From a bacterium (GTDB taxonomy: Bacteria; Chloroflexota; Limnocylindria; Limnocylindrales; Limnocylindraceae), in contig JBAXWE010000002.1 in the NCBI GenBank assembly GCA_037128565.1, positions 1-51,469 on the forward strand: a stretch of 51,469 bases of DNA. The letters run 5' to 3'. The position numbers and the translations under genes are program-made. Numbering within the stretch: the stretch's first letter is position 1; every line of letters begins with the position of its first letter. The notes beneath the pieces were generated by a model. That model was given only the letters and a program-made list of their open reading frames with translations, did not search any database and was not told the origin of the DNA. Below are positions 32,922 through 43,142 of the stretch, one piece after another.

Positions 32922-35479
32922 CAAAGGCAGCCACCAACCTCGTCATCGTCGAGTCGCCGGCCAAGGCTCAGACGATTGAGCGGTATCTCGGCCCCGATTA
33001 CACCGTGCTCGCCTCCTATGGGCATATCCGTGACCTTCCCCAAAAGACGAAGAAGGGGAGCATGGCGGTGGACGTGGAGAACGGCTTCACCCCCCTCTAC
33101 GAGATCATTGAAGACAAGCAGAAACGCCTCGATGACATCACTCGTGCCGCGAAGAAGGCAACCTCCGTCTGGCTGGCCACCGACCTTGACCGTGAAGGGG
33201 AGGCGATCGCCTGGCACGTCGCGGAGGCCCTCGGCATCCCTGAGGCAGATCGTCGCCGGGTGACCTTTAGCGAGATCACCAAGGGGGCCATCCTCGAGGC
33301 GTTTGCTCACCCCCGTGCGATCAACCTCGACCTGGTGAACGCCCAACAGGCGCGCCGTATCCTGGATCGCCTCGTCGGCTATCGCCTCTCGCCGCTCCTT
33401 TCGCGACTCGTTAAACCGAAGCTCTCGGCGGGGCGAGTGCAGTCGGTGGCCCTTCGCCTGGTTGTGGAGCGCGAGCGAGCCATCCGCGCCTTTATCCCGC
33501 GCCACTACACCACCGTTGAAATTGGGATTCGCCCAGCCACCGCTTCCGACCTGATCGTTCCCGCCACCCTTATCGGCGAGAAGGGGGAGATTCTTGAACT
33601 TGATCCGGAGGTAGCCGCTGCGGCCGTTGCGCGACTAGATGGCGCTGATGCGGTCGTATCGGAGCGTAGCGAGAGCACGCGCAAGCAGCGCCCCGTTCCG
33701 CCATTCACCACATCAACACTGCAGCAGGAGGCGGGTCGCAAGCACGGCTTCCGCTCCCGCGTCACGATGCAGCTCGCCCAGAGGCTCTACGAAGGCGTGG
33801 AGATCGGCGGCGAGCGCACCGGCCTTATTACCTACATGCGTACCGATTCGCCAACGCTGAGCCAGCAGGCGATCAGCGACGCCTCGGCGGTGATCCGTGA
33901 GCGATTCGGCCCAGAGATGATTGTTGAGGGTGGCCGTCAGTACGCCTCGAAGTCGAAGAATGCACAAGAGGCCCACGAAGCGATTCGCCCAACCAATCTC
34001 GCCCTCACCCCCGAACTTGCCGCGCCGTACATCGACGAGCGTGAGCTGAAGGTCTACACGCTGATCTGGCGCCGTACGATTGCATCGCAGATGCCCGACA
34101 AGCTCTCCGCTTCGACGACGTTGATTTGGAGCGCGGGGAGCGACCGCCTGAAAACTGTTGCGACACGAACGCTGGAGCCAGGCTTCACCGCGGTCTATCT
34201 CGAAGGTCGCGATGACGAGGATGAGGATGCCGAAGCGAAGGTTCCTGATCTACCGGAAGGATCAAAGGGGAGTGTCGCCACGGTAGAGGGCGTACCACAC
34301 GCGACAAAGCCTGAGCCACGATTTACCGAGCCAACGCTCGTGAAAGAGTTGGAGAAGCACGGCATCGGTCGGCCGTCGACCTACGCCGCGATCATTGAGC
34401 GCATTCAAGAGCGCGAATACGTTGACCGAGACAAAGATAATCGCCTCCGTGCGACGCGACTGGGCGAAACGGTCTGCGACCTTCTCACGACGCACTTCGC
34501 CACATTCGTTGATTTGGGCTTTACCGCTGGCATGGAAGAGGAGCTCGATGCTGTTGCCGAAGGCCGTGCAAATTGGCGCGACGTGTTGCAGAAATTCTGG
34601 AGCACCTTCGACCCACTTGTCCTGGAGAAGGCGCAGTCAATCGGCGCTGGAGAGTTCCGCAACCGGGCCAGCGAAGAGAAGTGCTCAGAGGGACACCCGA
34701 TGGAGGAGCGCCTCGGGCGATTCGGTTGGTACCTCGCCTGCACGCTCTATCCGGAACATGCTGAACGCAAATCTCTTTCAAAGGTAATCGGTGATGATTC
34801 GCCATCTGGCGACACGCCAACGCTTGAGGGTGCTGGCCTTCCGTGTCCAATGTGCGGCGCGGAACACGGCGGCAAGATGGCGCAGCGTCGGAGCCGCTTC
34901 GGCTGGTTCCTCGGCTGCGACCGATACCCAGAGTGCAAATACATTCCGAAGGCCGAAGTTCCCGCAGAGTTCAAGCTGGAGTTTGATGCGCTCTGCCCAG
35001 TCTGTGGCACGGAACACGGCGGAAAACTCGGCCCGAAAAAGAATAACAAGCGCGGCACCTACTTCTATTCGTGTAATCGCTACCCCGACTGCAAGACGAT
35101 TCGACCGCGTCCGACGGGCGCAACGCATGCCGAGTGTGGTGCCGTGATTGGTAAAGACGATGAAGGCGGTATCTGCACGAAGTGTGGTGCGCGGGTGACG
35201 CTGCCAGAGATCGTTGTCGTCGGTTCCGTGATCGCTGGTGGTGAGCCTGATCCGCTGGCCTGGGTGCCGAAGCGACCGCGACGTGGCGGAGCACCCGCAG
35301 CTGATGGTGGCGCCAAGGTGGCGGTAAAAACCAATTCAAAGGCAAAACCGAAAGCGAAGAGCAAGGCGAAGCCGAAACCGAAGGCAAAGCCGAAGGCGAA
35401 AAGCAAGGATCCTGCGATGGAGCCCGTCGCCGCTGAGCAGGTCGCTGTGGCGCCGGCTGAGCAGGCGGAAGCGGTCTAA
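32918..35479 (+). CDS. topA: DNA topoisomerase I with C-terminal zinc ribbons and a Lys-rich tail
   Basis: Start at MTKAATNLVIVESPAKA. TOPRIM motif (LATDLDREGEAI) and active-site region (ITYMRTDS). C-terminal CPMCG..CDRYPEC and CPVCG..CNRYPDC motifs, then a KAKPKAKSK tail. Confidence 0.95.
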   Translation: MTKAATNLVIVESPAKAQTIERYLGPDYTVLASYGHIRDLPQKTKKGSMAVDVENGFTPLYEIIEDKQKRLDDITRAAKKATSVWLATDLDREGEAIAWHVAEALGIPEADRRRVTFSEITKGAILEAFAHPRAINLDLVNAQQARRILDRLVGYRLSPLLSRLVKPKLSAGRVQSVALRLVVERERAIRAFIPRHYTTVEIGIRPATASDLIVPATLIGEKGEILELDPEVAAAAVARLDGADAVVSERSESTRKQRPVPPFTTSTLQQEAGRKHGFRSRVTMQLAQRLYEGVEIGGERTGLITYMRTDSPTLSQQAISDASAVIRERFGPEMIVEGGRQYASKSKNAQEAHEAIRPTNLALTPELAAPYIDERELKVYTLIWRRTIASQMPDKLSASTTLIWSAGSDRLKTVATRTLEPGFTAVYLEGRDDEDEDAEAKVPDLPEGSKGSVATVEGVPHATKPEPRFTEPTLVKELEKHGIGRPSTYAAIIERIQEREYVDRDKDNRLRATRLGETVCDLLTTHFATFVDLGFTAGMEEELDAVAEGRANWRDVLQKFWSTFDPLVLEKAQSIGAGEFRNRASEEKCSEGHPMEERLGRFGWYLACTLYPEHAERKSLSKVIGDDSPSGDTPTLEGAGLPCPMCGAEHGGKMAQRRSRFGWFLGCDRYPECKYIPKAEVPAEFKLEFDALCPVCGTEHGGKLGPKKNNKRGTYFYSCNRYPDCKTIRPRPTGATHAECGAVIGKDDEGGICTKCGARVTLPEIVVVGSVIAGGEPDPLAWVPKRPRRGGAPAADGGAKVAVKTNSKAKPKAKSKAKPKPKAKPKAKSKDPAMEPVAAEQVAVAPAEQAEAV
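35339..35407 (+). repeat. Imperfect 6-nt codon repeat (AAR-GCN/CCN) encoding KAKPKAKSKAKPKPKAKPKAKSK
   Basis: Read directly in the topA frame. It is a low-complexity coding repeat. Confidence 0.9.
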
Positions 35480-36441
35480 TGAGTCGGGGCCGCGGACCGG
35501 CTCCAATGGCGCCGCTCTCTTCTGCTGCGGCCGATCCTCGCATCACTCCATTCATCATGCACTTGCGCGCTCGCGCGCTCTCTGCCGCGACGGAGCGTTC
35601 ATACCGCACGGCGGTAGAGCGGCTCATCGCCTGGTACGACGATCAGGGGATCGATTGGCGCACGCCAAGTCGCGCTGACCTGCGTCGCTACATTGCGCTC
35701 CTCAGCGAAGATGGCGAGCGCTCCACGGTGCAGCAGCGACTCGCCGCACTCGGCACCTTCTACCGATTCTGGGTGCGGCAGGGGAGTGTGGCGAAGGATC
35801 CGCTCCATGCGCTCGCCCGACCGAAGCGTGAGAAGCGGCTCCCCGATGTCTTGTCACAAGCCCAAGTGGAGCAGCTCATCGCGCAGGCCGCGATCGGCAC
35901 TTCGGCCCCGCTGGCGCTTCGCGATACGGCGCTGATTGAACTCCTCTACGGGGCTGGCCTACGCATTGCCGAAGTTGTGGCGATCAACCTTACTGACCTC
36001 CAGCTCGGACGCGGCGAGGTGAAGGTGACCGGAAAGGGTGACAAGCAGCGTGTTGCGCTCTTTGGCGCACCGTGCCGCCGCGCACTCGAAGCGTATCTTG
36101 CTGATGGTCGCCCCGCACTTGCGGTGCTCGCCGTCACCCCAGGCGCGACGCTCTTCCTGAATCGCAGCGGTGGCCCACTTGGCGAGCGTGGTGCTCGTGC
36201 CCGACTAGATGACATCGCGCGTGCCGCCGGCCTCCCAGAAGCATTTCATCCACATACGCTGCGCCATTCATTTGCAACACACCTCCTGGACGGCGGTGCA
36301 GACCTTCGTGTGGTGCAAGAACTGCTCGGACACGAGAGCTTGGGAACAACGCAGGTCTACACCCATGTCTCAACGACGCGCCTCCGCGGCCTCTATAAAT
36401 CGGCGCACCCGCGCGCTCAACGAACCGTGACGAAGCCATGA
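35479..36441 (+). CDS. xerC: Tyrosine recombinase XerC/XerD family
   Basis: Motifs ELLYGAGLRIAE, HPHTLRHSFATHLL and LGHESLGTTQVYTHV. The start shares 1 nt with the topA stop (TAATG). XerC versus XerD is not resolvable by eye. Confidence 0.88.
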   Translation: MSRGRGPAPMAPLSSAAADPRITPFIMHLRARALSAATERSYRTAVERLIAWYDDQGIDWRTPSRADLRRYIALLSEDGERSTVQQRLAALGTFYRFWVRQGSVAKDPLHALARPKREKRLPDVLSQAQVEQLIAQAAIGTSAPLALRDTALIELLYGAGLRIAEVVAINLTDLQLGRGEVKVTGKGDKQRVALFGAPCRRALEAYLADGRPALAVLAVTPGATLFLNRSGGPLGERGARARLDDIARAAGLPEAFHPHTLRHSFATHLLDGGADLRVVQELLGHESLGTTQVYTHVSTTRLRGLYKSAHPRAQRTVTKP

Positions 36442-38048
36442 CGCACCCGCACGTCTCACCAGTCGCTCGTTCGAGCACGGCCCGCAGTAGCTCGATTCTC
36501 GCTGCAGGTGCACTCACATCGCGTATTGCGGGGTGGGCACGCATCAGCATTCTGATATCAGTGTTTGGCGCTAGCGGAACACTTGACCCGTTCCTGGCCG
36601 CATTTCGAATCCCCGACATCATCTTTGCCCTCGTGGCGGCTGGATCCATTTCAACAGTCTTGGTTCCGCAGCTGAGCGCCCTACTAGAGAAGGGGGAGGG
36701 GCTTCGTGCTCAACGACTTGTCGGCTCAGTGATTGTTGCGATGTTGGCTCTCCTCGGGCTCTTCGGGGTCGTTGTTATCATTGCCGCAAAGGCGCTGAGC
36801 GGTGTGCTGGTCGGCGGTCTGCCCGTGAGTCAACGGTACGAGGCGGCAGACCTCAGCATCATTTTGTACGTCGCGACCATCGCACTCGCGCTATCGGGAA
36901 TTTGCTCGAGCGCGGCAGCGGCACGTTCTCGGTTTGGGATTTCGGCTATTACCGGTCTTCTTTATAGCGCGGGGACCATCGCTGGAGCGTTGATTGGTGG
37001 TCGCGCGGCCGGAGGTTACGGTCCGGCGATTGGCACAGCGGTTGGCGCGCTGGCCGTCCTTCTGGTGACAGGAACCGTCCTCATGCGCAGTACGTTACGT
37101 CCGGCGCGTCCGGACTTCGATGATCCGCTGCTGCGGGATGCACTTCGCTCGCTGCTCCCCCGAGTCGGCTCCGTGCTCTTCGTCCAACTACTGCTCGCTT
37201 ACCTCATCTCTCTCGCCGGATCGAGTGGCCCAGGCGCGATCACGATCTGGTCGTATGCATTCACCCTGATGCAGGTCCCCCTCGCTCTGGTCACCTCGTC
37301 CATTGGCATGGCGATCTTGCCGAAAGTGGCGGCACATGCCGCGCGCGGGGATCTAGCTGGGGTTCGGAAACTTGCAACGCTAAGCATCGGCACCGTGATT
37401 TGGATGATGTCGCCAATTGCCGCGCTCGGCGGCCTCTTCGCCTTTGATGCAGTTCGGCTTGTCGTCGGGGGAAGCATTGACGTCAAGGATGTGGCAGCGA
37501 CGGCCGATCTCCTTCGCCTGCTTCTCCTTGGACTTGTCGCGCATGGGGTTATCTCTGTCGCCATCCGGCTGTTCTATGGGCTGCGCGATACGCTGCGGCC
37601 AACTGTTGCCGAAGTGGGAGGGAGCCTTGTTATTTTTATGCTCGCCACTCTCTGGTTCCCCGCGTTTGACCTTACCGCCATTGCTATGGCGCTTCCGGTC
37701 GGCACCTGGATTCAGGCTGTCGTGCTCATTGGGCTCCTAGTGCTTCGCTCACAGATTGTGCACGCCACCACCATTTTCAAGATCACGCTATTCGCCGTCG
37801 TTGCTTCGCTCTCGTCCAGTGGATTAGCCGCGATAGTCACCGCGCCAATTCTTGAATCGGCTCGGCAGGCGGGGACGCTTGCCGGTGCGGCTGTCGCAGC
37901 CATCGGCACGATCGTGGGGCTTGCGGCCTACATCGCACTGACTGTTGCAGCCCGGCGCCAAGAGGCGGTGCCGCTCTTGCGAATGGTCGCCTCGCCGCTG
38001 CCGCCGCGCGTGCGCGCCGTAATTCTGCGGGGTGAAGTTTCACTATGA
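36438..38048 (+). CDS. murJ: Lipid II flippase MurJ (MviN)
   Basis: 536 aa, polytopic. The N-terminus (ILAAGALTSRIAGWARISILISVFGASGTLDPFLAAFRIPD) is typical of MurJ. ATGA overlap with xerC. Confidence 0.88.
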   Translation: MTHPHVSPVARSSTARSSSILAAGALTSRIAGWARISILISVFGASGTLDPFLAAFRIPDIIFALVAAGSISTVLVPQLSALLEKGEGLRAQRLVGSVIVAMLALLGLFGVVVIIAAKALSGVLVGGLPVSQRYEAADLSIILYVATIALALSGICSSAAAARSRFGISAITGLLYSAGTIAGALIGGRAAGGYGPAIGTAVGALAVLLVTGTVLMRSTLRPARPDFDDPLLRDALRSLLPRVGSVLFVQLLLAYLISLAGSSGPGAITIWSYAFTLMQVPLALVTSSIGMAILPKVAAHAARGDLAGVRKLATLSIGTVIWMMSPIAALGGLFAFDAVRLVVGGSIDVKDVAATADLLRLLLLGLVAHGVISVAIRLFYGLRDTLRPTVAEVGGSLVIFMLATLWFPAFDLTAIAMALPVGTWIQAVVLIGLLVLRSQIVHATTIFKITLFAVVASLSSSGLAAIVTAPILESARQAGTLAGAAVAAIGTIVGLAAYIALTVAARRQEAVPLLRMVASPLPPRVRAVILRGEVSL

Positions 38049-38121
38049 CGACCCGTACCGTAGACCTGAGCGTCGTTGATCTGGTTGCGCGTACTGCGCG
38101 TTACGAGCGAGGTGCTCGCTG

Positions 38122-39618
38122 ATGGCAGGGCGACCCCTACAAGAGCTGGCGGCACGCCTAGAACAGTCACGGCTCCTGCAGAGCCCGAGCACCGCTGTTG
38201 CTGAGATTCTGGGCGCCGCAACGCACGATTCACGCCGCATCACGAAGGGCGGCCTATTCATTGCCATCCCGGGTCGGGTGCACGACGGTTTAGCTTATGT
38301 TGAAGATGCGATTCAACGCGGCGCTGCTGCCGTTATTGCAGAGCGGCAATCGTCGGCGCCAATCCCGCACATCCTCGTGAGCGATGCGAGGGCGGCGTTA
38401 GCAGTCGCCGCCGCGTGGTGGGAGGGGGAGCCAGCTGAACAGCTCGTCACGATTGGCGTTACGGGTACCGATGGAAAGACAACGACTGCAACCTTTCTCT
38501 CAACAGCGCTGACTGCTGCGGGGCTACAAGCCGGTCTGGTTTCAACGGCAATCAGTCGGATCGGCGGTATACAGCGCTCGGCGGCGGCCCATCAGACCAC
38601 GCCCGAGGCGCCGGAGTTGCAGCATGCCTTGCGGGAGATGGTTGAGGCGGGGGACGAGGCCGCCGTAGTGGAGAGCACCAGCCACGGGCTGCAGCTAGAG
38701 CGCGTAGGCGCGATTCGATTTGCCGCCGCAATCTTTACGACGTTCTCCCCCGACCATCTGGACTTTCATGCCAGCCTCGAGGAATATCGATCGGCGAAGG
38801 CGCAACTTGTGCAACGCACCACCGGGAGCGCTGCGAGCCGTGCGCGCAGCTTGCCTCAGGTTGTTGTGGTGCATGCGAGCGATCCTGCCGTACAGCCATT
38901 TGCCGAAGCGGCGGTTGCAGCGGGACTTCACGTCGCACGGTTTGATGCGTTTTCAGACCATGAGGTTCTGATTAACGGCGAGAGAGCCGAGCTGCATCTC
39001 GCCATGCCTGGGCGCATCAATGCGGCAAATGCCGCTGCAGCGTTGACCTTAGTAGCCGCATGGGGCCTGCCCCTGGCAGCAGCGATTACGGCCGTAGAGC
39101 GAGAGGTTGGACCTCCGGGTCGGAGCCAGTTGGTTGTGAGCGGCCAGCCGTTCGCGGTTATCGTTGATTTCGCCCATACGGGCCCATCCCTCATGGCATC
39201 GCTTGCAGTCGCACGCAGCTTGTGCGAGCCGGCCGGTCGCGTGCTGCTCGTCACAGGCGCCGCAGGGGAGCGTGATCCAGGGCGTCGGCTAGCGGTCGGT
39301 GCTGCAGCCACGGGCGCTGACGCCATCTGGATCGCTGATGAGGACCCTCGCAGCGAAGCGCCAGAGCAGATCGCGGCCGCGATCCAGGCGGCGTTTCTTG
39401 CCGCGTCGCCACGCCCAGACAGCACCTTCGTAATTCTGCATGATCGTCGTGCGGCGATTACGGCCGCGATTAGTGCCGCGCGACCTGGCGACGTAGTCCT
39501 GCTCGCAGGGAAGGGCCACGAGCAGACCATTGAACGCCACGGCGTTGACGAGCCGTGGGATGAGGCAGCGACGGCGCGAATCGCGCTGAAGTCGCTCGGC
39601 TATCCTCCAACGCTATGA
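38122..39618 (+). CDS. murE: UDP-N-acetylmuramoyl-L-alanyl-D-glutamate--2,6-diaminopimelate (or L-Lys) ligase
   Basis: Motifs GVTGTDGKTTT, ESTSHGL, and DFAHTGPSL. SD (GAGGTG) upstream. Confidence 0.9.
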   Translation: MAGRPLQELAARLEQSRLLQSPSTAVAEILGAATHDSRRITKGGLFIAIPGRVHDGLAYVEDAIQRGAAAVIAERQSSAPIPHILVSDARAALAVAAAWWEGEPAEQLVTIGVTGTDGKTTTATFLSTALTAAGLQAGLVSTAISRIGGIQRSAAAHQTTPEAPELQHALREMVEAGDEAAVVESTSHGLQLERVGAIRFAAAIFTTFSPDHLDFHASLEEYRSAKAQLVQRTTGSAASRARSLPQVVVVHASDPAVQPFAEAAVAAGLHVARFDAFSDHEVLINGERAELHLAMPGRINAANAAAALTLVAAWGLPLAAAITAVEREVGPPGRSQLVVSGQPFAVIVDFAHTGPSLMASLAVARSLCEPAGRVLLVTGAAGERDPGRRLAVGAAATGADAIWIADEDPRSEAPEQIAAAIQAAFLAASPRPDSTFVILHDRRAAITAAISAARPGDVVLLAGKGHEQTIERHGVDEPWDEAATARIALKSLGYPPTL

Positions 39619-41870
39619 GCATTGAGCCACAGCCAGTCGAGAATACGCCTCGGGTCAGACGCCCTGCGGCGGACCCGATCGCTAAGGTCCGCGCGCTTGC
39701 ACGACCGGTTGAATCACTGCGCGAAGTGCTGCGCGACAAGGTGGCGGCAGGGATCGGCACCGCTGAGGCAGCACGCCTCGTTGACGACGCCTTCCTCTTT
39801 GCTGTTGAGGCGCACGGTACGCAGGTGCGCGCTTCGGGTGAACCGTATGTCACGCATCCCGCGGAGGCGGCCTTAATTCTCGCCGACCTCGGCCTTGATG
39901 CTGCAACCCTCGTTGCCGCGCTGCTCCATGACGTTCCAGAAGACACATCAGTTACCACCGCAGAGATCGCAGAGCGCTTCGGTGATGAGGTGGGCACTCT
40001 CGTTGATGGGGTTACAAAGCTGAGCAAGTTTTCGGCGATGAGTGCTGAGGAGCAGCATGCTGAAAATATTCGCAAGATGTTCCTGGCCATGGCACAGGAC
40101 ATTCGTGTGGTACTGATCAAGCTCGGCGATCGGCTGCACAATATGCGTACCCTCGCTGCACTTCCCGCCGAGAAGCAGCGTCGCATCGCGCGGCAGACGC
40201 TTGAGATCTACGCCCCACTTGCAGAGCGCCTCGGTATCTGGCAAATGAAATGGGAGCTTGAAGATCTCGCCTTCAAAGCGCTTGAACCTGAGCGTTATCA
40301 CGAGTTGGCCAGCATGGTTGAGCTTCGGCGAGATATGCGCGCGGATTACATTGAGCGTGCGATTTCCGTGCTGAAACCTGAACTCATACGTGCTGGAATC
40401 ACAGCAGAGTTTTCAGGTCGAGCAAAACACCTCTACTCGATCCACAAGAAGATGGCGCGCCGATCGAGCGACTTTTCTGAGATCTATGATGTGTATGCGA
40501 TTCGGGTCATCGTTGAGAACCTTCGCGACTGCTACGCGGCACTTGGTGCGGTACACAGCGTCTGGCGGCCGATTCCAAACCAATTTGATGACTACATCGC
40601 CGTTCCGAAGAACAACCTCTACCAGAGCCTCCACACCGCAGTGGTCGCACTCGACGGGCGCCCGCTCGAGGTACAGATCCGCACTCGGTCAATGCATGAA
40701 GTTGCGGAGGTCGGCATCGCCGCCCACTGGCGCTATAAGGACGGCACGCAGCCCGATGCCGCCTACGACGCGAAACTCGCTTGGCTGCGGCAACTCCTGG
40801 AGTGGCAGCGCGACGTTACCGACGCCTCAGAATTTCTTGAGGGTGTTCGACTTGATGTCTTCCAGGATCAGGTTTATGTCTTTACACCGAAGGGCGACGT
40901 GAAGGAGCTCCCCGCCGGTGCGACACCGCTCGACTTCGCCTATCTGGTGCATACCGACATCGGTCACCGTTGCATTGGTGCAAAGGTGAACAATCGCTTG
41001 GTGCCGCTGGAGTATCGACTGAAGTCGGGCGACATCATCGAGGTAGTGACGGCGCGAGGGAAGCACGGCCCGAGCCGAGATTGGCTGAACGTGGCCACGA
41101 CACGACAGGCACGTAACAAGATTCGCCAATGGTTTAAACATCAGGAGCGCGACGAGAACATCTTGCACGGTCGTGAGTCTCTCGAGCGCGAACTCCGCCG
41201 ACTCGCACGGACCACCCTTGAGTCCATCGGCCGTGAGCGCCTTGAGGAGGTTGCCAAGCAGATGAACCAGGGGAGCGTTGACGACCTGTATGCGGCGATC
41301 GGCTACGGCGCCGTCGGCCCACAACAGGTGGTCTCACGCCTCGGCGTCGCCTCCGACGATGCGAAGTCACTCCTGCCGCTGAGCACCAGCGCCGTAGCGA
41401 TCGCTCCAGCTGAGCGCACGGGTGGCATCCGTGTGAAGGGGGTGCCCGACCTCCTAACGCGCTTCGGCCGCTGCTGCCGTCCGCTCCCAGGCGACCCGAT
41501 TGTTGGCTTCATTACGCGCGGCAAGGGGGTCACTGTGCACTTGGCCAGTTGCGACGCCTCGACCTCCGCTCGGGAGGCCTCGCGCCTCATCGATGTGGAG
41601 TGGGAGATGACCCCGGCGACCACGGAGAGCTACCCGGTGACCATTCGGGTCGAGGGGCTCGACCGCACGGGCCTCTTCTCAGAGATCACCCAGGTCGTTG
41701 CGGAGCAGAAGGTGAACATCTTGTCGGCTACTGTTCAGACGACAGGCCAAACAAATGCGGAGATGTTGATGACCCTTGCCGTCGGCTCCATTAGCGAACT
41801 TGCCAGGCTGATGGCTCGACTTGAGCGCGTCCGCGGCGTGCGGAGCGTCTCGCGGGAGCAGCACCAGTGA
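39615..41870 (+). CDS. relA: Bifunctional (p)ppGpp synthetase/hydrolase Rel (RelA/SpoT homolog)
   Basis: HD domain (HPAEAALILA..LLHDVPEDT), synthetase motifs (RAKHLYSIHKKM, YIAVPKNNLYQSLHT, EVQIRTRSMH), and TGS and ACT regions. Confidence 0.95.
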   Translation: MSIEPQPVENTPRVRRPAADPIAKVRALARPVESLREVLRDKVAAGIGTAEAARLVDDAFLFAVEAHGTQVRASGEPYVTHPAEAALILADLGLDAATLVAALLHDVPEDTSVTTAEIAERFGDEVGTLVDGVTKLSKFSAMSAEEQHAENIRKMFLAMAQDIRVVLIKLGDRLHNMRTLAALPAEKQRRIARQTLEIYAPLAERLGIWQMKWELEDLAFKALEPERYHELASMVELRRDMRADYIERAISVLKPELIRAGITAEFSGRAKHLYSIHKKMARRSSDFSEIYDVYAIRVIVENLRDCYAALGAVHSVWRPIPNQFDDYIAVPKNNLYQSLHTAVVALDGRPLEVQIRTRSMHEVAEVGIAAHWRYKDGTQPDAAYDAKLAWLRQLLEWQRDVTDASEFLEGVRLDVFQDQVYVFTPKGDVKELPAGATPLDFAYLVHTDIGHRCIGAKVNNRLVPLEYRLKSGDIIEVVTARGKHGPSRDWLNVATTRQARNKIRQWFKHQERDENILHGRESLERELRRLARTTLESIGRERLEEVAKQMNQGSVDDLYAAIGYGAVGPQQVVSRLGVASDDAKSLLPLSTSAVAIAPAERTGGIRVKGVPDLLTRFGRCCRPLPGDPIVGFITRGKGVTVHLASCDASTSAREASRLIDVEWEMTPATTESYPVTIRVEGLDRTGLFSEITQVVAEQKVNILSATVQTTGQTNAEMLMTLAVGSISELARLMARLERVRGVRSVSREQHQ

Positions 41871-43141
41871 GCGGCTTCCAGTCTCCTCGCGGCCTTCGCG
41901 ACCTGCTTGAGCCGCTCGCCTCAGCGCACGGCTGGGCCACAGATCGCGCCTGGGCCGCCGCAGACGCCGCTGGATACGCCCGCATCGAGTTGCCGATCGC
42001 TGAGGAGAGTGCACTCTTCGAACGCGCCGTTGGTGGCACCTCGGACATCGTTGCAAAAGAGCTCTATCGCCTAGAGCCTCGCGGTGAGGATGCGATCACC
42101 TTGGCGCTCCGGCCCGAGGCAACAGCGGGCGCAGTTCGGGCCTATATCCAACACGGCATGCGATCTCAGCCGCAGCCCGTGCGACTCTCGACCGTTGCGC
42201 AGCTCTTCCGCTACGACCGTCCACAGAAGGGGCGCTATCGCCAGTTCACGCAATTCGATGTTGAGGCGATCGGTGACGCTGGTCCAGGGATTGACCTTGA
42301 GGTGATCGAGCTCGGCGCTGCGTACCTACGTGCATTGGGTCTCACCGACGTGCAGGTGCACCTGAACTCTGTCGGCTGTGCCGCCTGCCGCCACGCGTAC
42401 GTTGAGACCCTTCGCGCCCACTTCACGCCGGTGTTACAGGAGCTCAGCGAGGTCGATCAGTCGCGACTCGCCGCGAACCCGCTGCGCCTGCTTGATTCGA
42501 AAGAGCCTGCAACAGTCCAGCGCGCAGCGAGTGCGCCGGTCATTACCGATCATCTCTGTGCCGATTGCGCGTCGCACCACGCGGCGGTCACCGCCGGGCT
42601 GGCAACGATCGGCGTCACCGTTCACGCCGCGCCGCGCCTTGTCCGCGGCCTTGACTACTACACCCGTACCGCGTGGGAGTACCTCCTCCCGGGGGAGCAG
42701 GGTCAGCAGGGGGCACTGGGTGGCGGCGGTCGTTACGACGGACTCGTCGAGCTACTCGGGGGCGCGCCAACCCCCGCGATCGGCTTTGCCATCGGCATCG
42801 ACCGTGTCGTGCTCGCGCTGGAGGCGCGCGGACTACTGCCAGCAGCGTTGAGCGGCCCATCCATCATCGTCGCTGGCATTGAGCCCGATTCGGTGGCGGA
42901 GCGTGTGGTGATTGCCGCCGAACTCCGCGTGGCAGGGGCCCGAGCACGTGCCGACGTCAGCACACGCAAGATCGGGAAGCAGCTCGAGGGCGCTGTGCGC
43001 GATGGCGCGTTGGCAGTCATCATCGTTGAGCCAGATGGGCGCCTCACCTTGCGAGATCTTGTCAAGGCGAGTCAGGCGGAGCCAGCGGAGCGCGGCGGCG
43101 TGATCGCCGCAGCACTTCGCCTGGTGCAGAGCGAGGGGTAG
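41867..43141 (+). CDS. hisS: Histidine--tRNA ligase
   Basis: Class II motifs FRYDRPQKGRYRQFTQ and GGGRYDGL. GTGA overlap with rel. Confidence 0.93.
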   Translation: MSGFQSPRGLRDLLEPLASAHGWATDRAWAAADAAGYARIELPIAEESALFERAVGGTSDIVAKELYRLEPRGEDAITLALRPEATAGAVRAYIQHGMRSQPQPVRLSTVAQLFRYDRPQKGRYRQFTQFDVEAIGDAGPGIDLEVIELGAAYLRALGLTDVQVHLNSVGCAACRHAYVETLRAHFTPVLQELSEVDQSRLAANPLRLLDSKEPATVQRAASAPVITDHLCADCASHHAAVTAGLATIGVTVHAAPRLVRGLDYYTRTAWEYLLPGEQGQQGALGGGGRYDGLVELLGGAPTPAIGFAIGIDRVVLALEARGLLPAALSGPSIIVAGIEPDSVAERVVIAAELRVAGARARADVSTRKIGKQLEGAVRDGALAVIIVEPDGRLTLRDLVKASQAEPAERGGVIAAALRLVQSEG

Positions 43142-43142
43142 C

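Noticed and set aside
35339-35407. A short tandem repeat that could be mistaken for a CRISPR-like or intergenic satellite repeat.
   Set aside because: It lies in frame inside topA and encodes the KAKPKA basic tail. The period is 6 nt and there are no spacers.
25413-36441. A tRNA gene with a tyrosine recombinase 10 kb downstream, as a possible integrated element.
   Set aside because: Everything between them is core housekeeping (ftsH, tyrA, comM, dprA, topA). The recombinase has the XerC/D signature and sits in the conserved dprA-topA-xer context. I saw no direct repeat of the tRNA 3' end.
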